A stretch of DNA of 59,356 bases, taken from positions 1-59,356 of the forward strand of contig JAHBMJ010000017.1 of NCBI GenBank assembly GCA_018398765.1, given 5' to 3'. Below the pieces are notes generated by a model. It saw only the letters and a list, made by a program, of their open reading frames with translations. It searched no databases and was not told the DNA's origin. Positions 48,344 through 59,356 of this stretch are shown here, one piece after another (the first letter of the stretch is position 1; each line of letters opens with the position of its first letter). This DNA is from Chromera velia (Eukaryota). Position numbers and translations under genes: made by a program.

Positions 48344-50367
48344 TTATTCATCGTAGTCCTCCTCCTCTCCGTACACAGCCGACTCGTCCATCCCCCCTAC
48401 TCCGTACCCCTCCATGCCGTCTTCCACCGTTGCGTCCTGGTACTGTTGGTATTCTTCCGACAGGTCGTTCATGTTGTTCTCTGCCTCCGTGAACTCCATC
48501 TCGTCCATCCCCTCTCCCACGTACCAGTGGAGGTAGGCCTGCACGGAGAAAAATGGACGGGCAGATGGGCAGACTTGAGAAGCTCAGTAACAATTCATGT
48601 TGCTGATTCAGATGACACAGAAACCCTTTCGCATCTTCTTCGTTTCTCCCCTCCGTCATAGAGAAAATAAGTGTGTTTGCATGATGGATGGATCTTATTT
48701 CTCGTGCAGACACTAATTAAGACGAAATGATTGCACGAAAGCACGCTCTCTTCGACAAAGATCATTCGATGCCCCCCCTTCCCCCCCCCAACTGGAGATG
48801 CATGTGGTGTTTTAAGAGCAAGAGCCTTCCTTCATCCCAACCCAGATTGAAAGAACAGTTCCCCTCACTGGCTGACTCACTGACCTTCCTCCTGAACATG
48901 GACGAGAACTGCGCCCCCACTCTCGACCAGAGTCCCGTGATTGCCGTGTTGTTCCCGACAACTGCCGCTGCCATCTTGAGACCCTTTGGGGGAATGTCAC
49001 AGACGTTGGTCTTGATGTTGTCGGGGATCCACTCAACGAAGTAAGACGAGTTGTGGTTCTTCGTGTTCAGCATCATCTCTTCGACCTCCTTCGTGCTGAT
49101 GCGACCCCGAAAGATTGTGCTGCAACAAATAGTCAGTAAGTCAACCAACCAGCCAGTCAGTCAGTCCGTCAATCAATGACTCAGCCAGGCGGCGAGTCAG
49201 CCCTACAGCAATCAGTCAAATTCCCACGAAGCAAACTCCTAGGCCAGTGAGTGAGTCAGTCAGTCAGTCAGTCATTGTCCACGCAAGCATGCACCCCTAC
49301 GGAAAGACACACACAGAGACAGGAAAAACTGTAGGCGACCAGAGAAGCACGCAGTCAGAGGGACATGCCCCCCTGCAAGAAGTACATCCTCCCTCGGAAA
49401 GGGCAGGAGAAAGAAAGAGCATGGCTTGCGCGTTGGGGCCTTCCCACAAACAGCCAGCATTGCACAGGCAGACGCCAGTGGATATAACGTGATCGAGGGA
49501 ATCGTTTCTTTCTCCTCTCTTCCTTCCTTCCTTCCTTCTTTCCTTCCTTCCTTCCCTCCTTCCTTCCTTCCTTCCTTCCGTGTCTGCATGCAACATCTCT
49601 CTGGTCAGACACTGATCCTTCACTCTTTGGCTCGCTAGCTCACCTTGCAGTCAGATACTTGCCCTGTCTAGGGTCGGCTGCACACATCATGTTCTTGGCG
49701 TCGAACAGCTGCTGTGTTAGTTCGGGCACCGTGATGGCCCTGTAGGGCTGGGAGCCTCTGGAGGTGAGGGGTGCGAATCCGATCATGAAGAAGTGGAGAC
49801 GTGGGAAGGGAATCAGGTTCGTTGCCAGTTTTCTGAGGTCTCCGTTGAGTTGGCCTGGAAACCTGATGGAAGCAGTGAGTGTGGACATGACTGCAGAGAC
49901 AAGGTGATTCATGTCACCGAAGGATGCGGCTCCAAGCTTCAGAGTGCGGAAGCATATGTCGTAGAGGGCCTCGTTGTCGAGAACCTGCGTGGAAGAATAC
50001 CACACAGAGTGCATAGAGCATACATGAATGCATTAGACGTCTGCTGCTGTTCGATTGTTTTCGTTTGCGCCACTTTTGAGGGGACACACGTTAGTACAAG
50101 AGACTTCTTCGCCGCCATAATTGAGATGTACAACGGATTCAACAGACAGAGAGGCACACGGAGCAATTAAAAAAACAGACGGATGGAAAAACAGGTGGAC
50201 AGGCAGACAGAAACCAAGAAGAGCAGAGGGACACAGAAAGAAGCAGAAAGGCAACCGTACAGAGAGATGTAGAGAGGTAAGGAAACAGGCATAGAACCGG
50301 AAGTGTAACAGAAAATAGCAGACAGAGACACAGAAAGAGACAGAGTCACACACACAGACACACACCA

Positions 50368-50419
<52 letters not shown>

Positions 50420-50420
50420 G

Positions 50421-50451
<31 letters not shown>

Positions 50452-51761
50452 TAAGAGAGAGAGACCGACCTGAACGAGATCTGCATTCTCAATCAGCTGT
50501 GAAATGGAAAGACTGCAGGCAGGCACATCGACACACCCTGATAAATACATTCAAATCCTCCAGCGTGATCGTCCCAATCAAACAAACGTGAGAAGGCCAT
50601 AGCAAAAATATGGGAGTACAAACAGATGCATCCTGGCAGATCGGAATCGAATTGACAGACACAAACGCGGTCCAGGTAGAAGGAAAAGGGAAATCGGAAA
50701 AACAGATAGATAGACTCACACGCAGTTGTAGGGTTCCACGACTGTCTCTGACACTTTTGGAGACGGAAAGACTGCAAATGTCTGCATCATCCTGTCTGGG
50801 TACTCTTCTCGGAGGCGGGCCATGAGCAACGTGCCCATTCCTGCAGAGATTCGATCATGGTCACGTCACTGGCCGGTCTGCGGAAACCGTCGTGACTCTC
50901 TCGCTCAATAATGAATTCTGTTTCTCAAGTAAAGAAAGGCAGGAGTAGACGGTCCATAACACCACTGCTCTTGCTGCGCCACGAGAAAATTCAGACTTCC
51001 CTGACACCGCCTTGTTGAACAGTTCCATTTAACCCAGCTGAAACCTATCTTTGTGTTGTTCTTCCGTGAGCAACAGACTTCGACATTCAAAACAAGGACA
51101 CCCTTGCAAGAAAAGCTCCCTCTTTCTCGTTATGCAATCACACAGCCTCCATAGGCACCCACCTGCTCCCGTGCCTCCTCCCAGAGAGTGGCAGATCTGG
51201 AATCCCTGCAGGCAGTCTGTGCCCTCTGCTTCTTTCCGAATTACGTCCAGACACATGTCCGCCAGCTCTGCTCCCTCTGTGTAGTGCCCCTTTGCCCAGT
51301 TATTCGACCCCCCCCCATGGCTGAAGATGAAGTTGTCTGGTCTGAACAACTGCCCGAACATAGAGGCTCTGCACGAGTCCAGAGACTGGGGCTCCAGATC
51401 CACGAGGACCGCACGGGGGACGTACCTTCCCCCCGTGGCTTCGTTGTAGTACACATTGATTCTCTCCAGCTGGAGGTCGGACTGGCCCCGGAAAGTTCCT
51501 TGAGGGTCTGCAAAAGCGAAAAATGGAGTAGACTGCTTGGACACAAAAATGCCCCAGGTGAATAAAGAGAGCAAAGGAAAGTGACTGACCTATTCCGTGC
51601 TCATCCGACAACACCTCCCTGCAAAGGCAACACACAAAGGGATCAGTTTAGACCGGCTTGTGGTGAATTTGCCATTAAGTGCTTAGAAGGCAGACCGACC
51701 AGAACTTTGTGCCCAGGTTGTTGCCGCACAGACCGATTTGTACGTGCACGATCTCTCTCAT
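48344..51761 (-). CDS. TUBB: Divergent beta-tubulin, 8 exons (approx. 51761-51700, 51618-51590, 51507-51163, 50841-50720, 50512-50470, 49985-49643, 49120-48884, 48538-48344)
   Basis: MREIVHVQ start, [73 protein letters not shown] and an acidic tail. GT-AG introns with consistent phases. Confidence 0.95.
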
Positions 51762-52542
51762 GATCGACTGTCGATTTCCGAAATCGAGTAAGCGCGTTTA
51801 ATTTTTATATATAAGAGACAACTGTTGCTCAGAATTCACAAGAAGCACTGAAGTCGGTGCGCGCGCACACACACAGAAATACAGGCGAACGTTATTTTGG
51901 GGTAGGTGTGATCTAGAATCTCGCGGCGTTACGATGTCAAGAAAGCTGTGCATATAATTAATTAAGCTTCTCCAGCTATATATATAGGTTTCTGCCTCAC
52001 TTAATTTGACAGATCTCAAGTTAATCGAGTTCATGCACAGCCGATTAATCGGTCTCAGTCACTGTGCGGCATCCATATGCTGGCCCCGGAAAGCAAATTA
52101 AGCTTAGGGGGCACTTTGAAACTTACTTGCGGACATTCAACGCTTTCCGGGACCATGCATTCGACCACCCTCTTATACACGTGCAGTGCGTGCGTCAGGT
52201 GTTCGCATATGCATGCATGCAGGTCAGACCGTCAGAGCTCCCTGCAGTGGCAATTACATCGGCCGAACTTATATATTTTCCTTTCGATCGGATCATTGTC
52301 GACCAATCGTCATTGGGCCGATCCTGGCATTCATTGTAAAGTTTTTGTTCTAGCTTCAATTTCCAACTCTGTGTGTTCGTGCTCTGCGTCTTCCCTCGCT
52401 TCGGGAAGGTTGCCTGTCTGAATCGAACAAGTCTCTCTGTCCTCTTAATTCCGGGTCGTGCGACTCGCGTTGACCCATTCAGGACTCGGGAGGTCGCAGC
52501 GCACAGGTCCCTGACAATTCTGACTGAGCTTCTGAGACCACG

Positions 52543-55500
52543 ATGGCCTTCGTGCAGTGCTGCGGCAGGAGAGAATATGTGGTGGTCAGTTGGGGAACAA
52601 GAGAAAGACGTGCGTGCCCTTACTCTGAACGACTTGTGTCCCTCCGTCCGCCTTGCAAGCATCTGTGTTTGTCTGTCTTTCTTCACCCTCCGATTCAGGA
52701 CGACGAGCCTGACTTGAAGCAGTTGCGCAATCTGATTGACACAGAGCCCAGCCTCTTCTTCCTCAACGCCCAGTGCAACAAACCGGGGGGGAAGGAACTA
52801 CACCCATGGCAGGTAGGTAGGTAGGTAGGTCAGTCAAATTGTAAGAGGGTCACGCAGGCCGTGCACACAGACAAGCGGGAACGTCGAAAAAAAAGGTGAA
52901 GCCGCCGCAATGACGTCGAATTGGACTCAGAGCCCCCCGAATTATGCTCGTCGTTCATCTGCTTTCCCCTCTCCCATATGTCAATAGACACATGCATGAA
53001 TGTATATATATATATATATATATATGTATATGTATGTATGCTTTCATGTGTGCAGTCCAAGCATCGAGCCTGCTACCCAAGCCAAATTCCTTCACCAGAA
53101 ATTGGGAGCAGACTGACAGGAATTGGTGCACGATGCCTCAGAGGTCAGTATTTTCTCTCCCTCTTCCACTTGCTCTCATGGTTTCCTCGTCCATCTATGC
53201 GTTCTCCCCCCTCTGCTCCTCTGCTCAGTTCCCTTCGAAAGGTCTTTCTGTTCACTTGATGCCGTCTGTATATACAGACATGTGCGTTCTTGGGTTGCAT
53301 CGTGTCTGTCTCTCTGTCCAGTCTAAAAAGGGAGCTGCGTGCCGTCTAAGCTCCTCATTCGGTACAACCTCCTTTGCTTCGCATTGTATTTCTGCGCTCT
53401 CGTGTGATGCACGGAACGATCAGTCGGGATGTAAATGCTGAGCCTCTCTAGGGCACCTGCCGAAGTCTGGCTGGGGGTTCTGGCGAGCGCGCGCGTGTGT
53501 GTGTGTCTGTGTGAGTGTGTGTGAAGACACCCATGTAGTTCTGGGCATTAATTTGCACTCGCAGGAACCAACGAGCACGGCAACTCTTGCCAGTACTTTG
53601 CGATGCTGGGGTAGGTTGTTCGGTTGATTGTCGGGTTGGTTGAGCTGGCTCTTTCGCTTCGGATTCAGAGAACCGTTATCAGTTGAAATGAGCTGCAACC
53701 CTCCGTTTTACAAAAACCTTTTCGTTTCTTTGCCTGCAAGTCGGATTCCTTTTGTGTATCTTTATTCCTTTCCTTTTCTTCTTTCCCTCTTCATTCGTCC
53801 AATGATGTCTCCCCATTCCTTTCGATCGCTGCACTCCCTCTCACTTTTTTCTGTCTTGAGTTCCTTGCTGAAAAAAGTGATAAACAAGTTTTGGGTTCTC
53901 AGAAGTGTTTTTGATCTCTCTGTGTGGCCTTGCTTCCACTCAGGCTGGAGTCGTGTGAACTGTTCGGGCTCGTCGAAGCTTTCGGTCAGCTGCTGTTCTC
54001 TCTGCCCTCTTTCTCGTTTTGTCTTTGATCCTCTCTCTGATCATTGATGCACAGGGTAAAATACGCATCTTCGGTTCGGTCTACCCTTCTCTACCCCTCT
54101 CCCTTCGGTCGACTCCCCGAGCCCGAGCTCCTTTTGGAAAAAAAGGTCTTTGGACCTTCGCTTCCCTGTCGATTGATTCAATGCTCAGTCTCCTCAATTC
54201 GGATGGTACAAACAGGCAAACAAAGAGGGGGAGAGGGCCTTTTCCCTTTCTTGTGTTCTCGCCTTTCTGCTGAACAGGTGACGGCTACGGATGACTAACG
54301 AGAGAGTTAATTCGGATCGCAAGCCAAATCGCTTTTTCTTGATGATCTCATCGGTGTATGTGTGCCTGCATGCCCACCTGCTTGCTTGCTTCCAGGTCCC
54401 GACGGGAATCTCCTTGCCGATAAGCTGAGCGTGGCTTTACCCCAGCTCTTCCAGAGTGCGCTGTTCAAATTGACGGTCAAGGAAAGTCCCCAAGCACAAG
54501 TCTCCACCATCAACCTCGCAGGTCTCTCCTTCAAATTGGGCGGCACAACAGCCGCAGTCTCCTCCGGAAAGCCCAAAGAGGAGCGCCGAGCTTCACAGAC
54601 CAGAAAGTCCTCCATCCTCAGTCAGGAGGGAAGAGAGGAATCGGAGGGGCGCAAGGAATCACCAAAACTTCCGGATGAAGCCTTCAGCAAGAGCCTACCC
54701 AATCAGAGCGCCAGTGGAGACCCAAACAATCCCCCCACGGCTGTAGAGGGAGCGTTGTCACCCTTCAGCCCCGACGCCACTCGCACCTCCACACGCGCAC
54801 ACAAAAACCGGCAGCAGCAAGACAAAAAGGGAGACGGCCAAAAAAAGTTTCTGCCGACTGACGTTGACGGTGCGAGTGACGACGGAGAGGGCCCACAGAT
54901 AATAGACGAGAAGGAGAAGGAGAGGGAGGAGAGGCGCCGTCTTCTCAGGAAGGCTTTCGCAATCACATTTCAACAGTGTCGGTTTTCTTTTTTTAAAATT
55001 GAAACAAAGCACAGAGAAGCAAGGAATCACAGTCTCGATCTCAGTGTTGCAACGGCGTTGCAACGATGTCAGTGGCCCCACTTTGTCTTCAGTTTGAGTT
55101 TCAGACTCAGAATTTTATTCTTGGAATGTCAACAAATAGACCGGAAGAAAATGAACGATAGTTTGAAGAATGGTTGAGGGTTTTTTCAGACTTGTCAGCT
55201 TAAGCACTCCCACAAAGCAAGTAAGCCTATCAGTGAAAACAGATACTCTGAAATTATGCTTGTCTCTTCACAATTAATGGCGCCAGAGAAACCACATAGA
55301 TATTCATGCATGCACATAAAGCTGCTTCATTCTCTCAAGGCCCTCCATCCCCCCGGCCCCCGTGTGCAGGTCGGAAGTTCTTCTGCAGCGGTGAGAACAC
55401 GCTTTTCTGTGGGGACAGCGGTGCTATGGTTTCGGCTGTTGCCCTCTCGATTCCCCCCAAACCTGACAACGCCCACCCCTCCTCCCCCCCAGAGCCCCCA

Positions 55501-58500
55501 GACGCCATGGTGGCCGCATCTCTGGGCACTCTTCCCCTCGTCCTGCTTGGGTACCCTGAAGACCCTGTGGCTCCTCCTCCTGTTCAAAAGCAGAAGACGC
55601 AGAGGCAAAAGCCCTTTGCGGTCTCAATCGGGGGCAACCATTCCAACCTGAATCCTGAGGAGAGGAGAAGAGTCAGGAAAACTCTCAACGCACAGAAGAA
55701 GCCCACAAACATCTTCAGGTGAGGAGGGAAGAGGAAATCGAACATGGAAAGCGAAAAAAAGGACGCCGTTGACGGTCTCCGCGTTGCTTTGCTGTTCTAG
55801 ACATTTGTTCGCCTGCGTGCGTGCCTGCCTGCCTTCTGGGCTCCCCTTTGCAAGAAAAAAAAAGAAATACTTCGAAGAACGCGGCAGGAAACGGAAGATC
55901 CAGAAAGTGTGAGCCTGAATGTCCTACGTGGACGTATTTGCTGAAAGAAAGTTTTCGTCTTTCTCTCTCTTGCAGCCGAATCGACACTTTCTTCACGACC
56001 AAATCGGGGAAGCTGGGTGGAGACGGCAGGGAGGTGGACGAGGACGAAGGAGAAGAAGGGAAGGAGTGGGAGGCGGGGAACGCGACGGAAAAGGGGGGTG
56101 AACAAGAGCTGTACGCAAACATTGCTGGAGCGGTTGAAGGTTTGTCTGCTGGGAGAGCTGGCAGCATGTTGTAATTTTAGTATTGCGAGACAAAGCTTGG
56201 TGAGGTTGATGACGATAGCGTCTTTGCGGACGTAAAGAGAAAGTGTGGCCAAGTACAGATGTACAGAAAGAAGGTTTCAAAAAGTTGAGTAAGAATGCAA
56301 GGAGGGTAAGAGTAGAGAGCGGAACCGGAAGGACAAAAAAAGGACGGGGAAGATTGGAGTGAGGCAGGAAGGAGAGGAGGTAGAGGAAAAGAAAAAGGAA
56401 CAAGTGCACATGCATTTTTGACACTGCTCTTGTTCCCCACCCTTCAATTCCCCTCTGCAGGTCCTCAGACCCTTGCAGACACTCTGGTGGTGCGGTGTCT
56501 CGGGATGGCGTGTTTGAAGTCTGCCGGGATCTCTACCCAGCCAGACATTCACGACATCTCCATCTCCTCCACGGAGACGGCAGAGAAGCCACCCTCTCCC
56601 GTTCTGGAGGAGAGGGACCAAGAGGGACCCTCTACAAGGTCCAAGGCCCCTTCGTTTCTCGTCCTGGCGTCTCCTGGAGTGTTGCAGGGCGTCGGCCATG
56701 GGGTCAGTGCATGGGTGCCTTCATGGTTGTGACCTGCATATCGGAATGTGTCGTGCCCTGTGCGAAGCGGACACCATACAGAAGAAACAAGTCATCCTCT
56801 CAGTTTTATGCGTGACAAATCGACATACGTACTTTCTTCAGAGGAAATGGATCAATCAAAATTCCAGCCTTAAATGCAGAACAAAGACGTGTGAAATTTG
56901 CATCACAAAAATGCAGCCGAAACGAAACCGGCACACGTGACAAAAAATGTCGGTCATTCGAGGGACCTCTGCATATGAAAAGTCTCTTCCTGCCTTTCTG
57001 TTTGCAGAAAGCTGTTGAAATCGTGCTTTCCTGTTTGGAGTCGGGGAACTCTGCCCAGAAAGCGTGTGATGCCCTCTTAGAGGGAGCCCGCAGAGTGCAA
57101 TCCGTCGCAGCAGCACACGACGCAGCTAAGGCAGAGGTAAGACTGGCATCCAGGGACGCGTTCCGTGCCTTAACCTGCAAAAACCACGCGACTGACCTTT
57201 GTGCGCTTGTCGTGAGGTTGCCGGGGTCCTCTGCTTTTCCCGAAGTCATCGACACGATCAATCAATCTACCGGGGCCCTTGGGGTCTTTCAACGAGGCCC
57301 TCTGTCCGAGTCACAGCCCTCCCCTTCCACCATGTCCCCCGCAAAGCCCCACTCCAACAAAGTGCCTCCTCTCTCACTCCCCTTCGAAAGCACCAACGGG
57401 GGCCTCCCCAGCGGCCTCTACACACAACCCACGGGGGCCGTCTCCAGTCTGACGCACGCACAGGGAGACACCATGCTTCTCAACGACAGCATCATCTCAG
57501 AAGAGAGCCCCGGCAGAAAATGGGGGGCCAGCCTGGACGGACCCCCGGGCCCGTCCCAGAACGGAGGCGGGGTGGCGGCAGGAAGTGTTGGGGTTGTAGG
57601 AAGCGAAGGAGGGGGGGCAGCAGCCGGACACGCAGGTTCAGGGAGTCCGGGCGTAGCATTTGAACTAGCTCCAGGAATGATGGGTGTGGGGGTGGCAGGA
57701 GGAATCACAGCAGGAGCCACAAGGGAGAGAAGCGGAGGGACTTCTGGAATGGGGGGAGCAGGGATTGCAGGTGTCGGGGGGATTGGACATGCAGGGGTTA
57801 CATCAGGCTCCCTGGCAGCGAATGCAGGGGTGATGACCGCAACCGGGAATGGAGGGGGGCCGACATGGATGACCAGCGCCCCCCCAGCAGGTCAAGGAGG
57901 CGCTCCTGTTTTTGGAAGCAGTGCCGGTGCAGGCGTCAGAGAAGGAGACGAGAGTATTCGAGGAATGACTTCCGGGGTTCCCGTGTCACCTGTAGCAGGA
58001 GACACGAGAGGGGAAACAGTGGGGGAGGCAGTAGCAGTCTCAGGAGTTGTGGCCCAAAGCCCTGCTCCACACCTGTCCGTGTCAGGTATGATGGGCCCTT
58101 CCCGGTCCATGGCACGAACCTCCGTTTCCCAGGGAGGGAGGTCAACACCCCCTCGTATGCCTCTGCCTGTCTCCGTGATTCCCCTCAGCCTCGGTTCAAG
58201 GAGAGGGAGTAGCGGGGGGGGAGACCTGCCGCCCACCTTCCGCCCCGATCCCTCGCAGACGGATAGCGCCAGGGGTGCTCCTCCTGCTGTGGCTAGTGCC
58301 AGGGGTGCCCCTCTGATGGCAATTCCAAGGGGTGCATCCTCAGGCTCTCTGCAACACAGCGCAGACTGCCTAGGCAACCTCTCTTCTAGCTCTGTAGGTC
58401 GGCCAAAGAAGCCAGAGGATTCACAAGCATTCAGGGGATCAGCTTCCAATATTTCGGGTATTGCCGACAACACTGCCGGACAGAACCCCCGAGTCACCGT

Positions 58501-59356
58501 CACTGTCTCACCTCCTCGTTTCCTTCGCAGTCAGACTTACGTCCTCATGCGTCCCCTTTCTCCTCTTCATTTTCCCGTCACCAGAAGTCCACGACCGACA
58601 CCCCTCGTCAGCCTCGCCCCCCGCGCCTCTTCTGCCGGAGCACCCCATCCCAACCTCAAGTCTCCTCTCATGCTCACAGCCCCACCCGTCATCAAACGAA
58701 TCTCACCCCTCCCACCTGTCACACTTGTTCCCTTACCCACTCCCACCCTCACTACCAAGAAGCCTGCATTGAGTAATCCCCCTATGGTCCGAAGAGGACT
58801 CTCAAGCGCCTCCGCCCAGATGAAAACGAAACGACCAGCCTCAATGCGACCTTTCAGGGCAAGCACAGCAGTCGGCCTTGCTCTCTCAACACCCCTGCAG
58901 ACCCACTTCGATTTGAGTCCCAGAATGCGAAGCCCCCCCCCAATCCGTCAACCCAGTCGTCCCCTCACCCCCCCCCCAATTCCAATCGCGCCTATCGGGC
59001 CTCCGCTGCTCACTGCAGCACACACAGGCACACCCCCAGTCGTGGTCCTCCCAGGTGTACCCGTCCCCCTTTCGCCGCTGTCACACTCTCCCATTCCCAT
59101 TGCTGCGTCTGTACCTGTAGCCGCCCCTCCGAGTCTCTTCTCATCTGCCCGAAACTCCCCCATGCCCATTCTGCCCGGAGGCATCCCCATGAGCCCCCTC
59201 CCATCTGCACCCCCCTCCCCCCTATCCCCTACAGCTCCATCCCCTACCAGAGTCGCCCCTCTCCCAGCACCTCCAAGCTCTCCCTTCGTTATCTTCTCTG
59301 CCCCCCCCCCCTTATCATTCTCCCCCCTCAATTCCAACACAGGATCCCCCCCCCCC
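52543..59356 (+). CDS. Multi-exon PP2C/PPM-fold protein, probably a pseudophosphatase, with a long Gly/Pro-rich C-terminus; 3' end beyond the window
   Basis: Exons give LFGLVEAFGPDG, LRKAFAIT, DSGAMVSAVAL, AASLGTLPLVL, NHSNLNPEERRRV, VRCLGMACLKSAGISTQPDI, FLVLASPGV, KAVEIV..AQKACDALL and TDLCALVVRL, in PP2C motif order. The frame is open from about 57008 to the window end. Confidence 0.75.

Noticed and set aside
54044..54298. Possible extra exons of the PP2C-like gene, including a DGYG with a GA donor
   Set aside because: A canonical GT-AG exon at 53944-53984 already joins in frame to 54396, so the non-canonical model is unnecessary.

Overview
Eukaryotic, intron- and microsatellite-rich DNA. 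The TGCATGCA-rich promoters and an apicomplexan-type beta-tubulin (ENADxVQV) suggest an alveolate or chromerid-like host; this is inference. The left 10 kb holds two different Tc1/mariner elements, each linked to a homing-endonuclease-type gene. The first is a 3-copy head-to-tail array of a DD34E Tc1 transposase plus a divergent Zn-finger HNH nuclease ORF with a structured leader. The second is a 2.55-kb DD34D-type element carrying a GIY-YIG/CCHC ORF between two 377-bp direct, TIR-ended modules, inserted as one unit at a TA in a LINE 3' end. A third, non-coding array (42.4-45.2 kb) has the same TA|module-spacer-module|TA architecture. Repeats and pseudogenes show almost exclusively C>T/G>A changes in the copies compared by eye (RIP-like). 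The window also has a LINE RT remnant, several non-autonomous TIR elements, a large inverted duplication, a MATE pseudogene, a 2.4-kb (GAAA)n satellite and small hypothetical genes. At the right end are a divergent 8-exon beta-tubulin and a head-to-head PP2C-like pseudophosphatase that runs off the edge. All family assignments are from motif recognition by eye; no searches were run.
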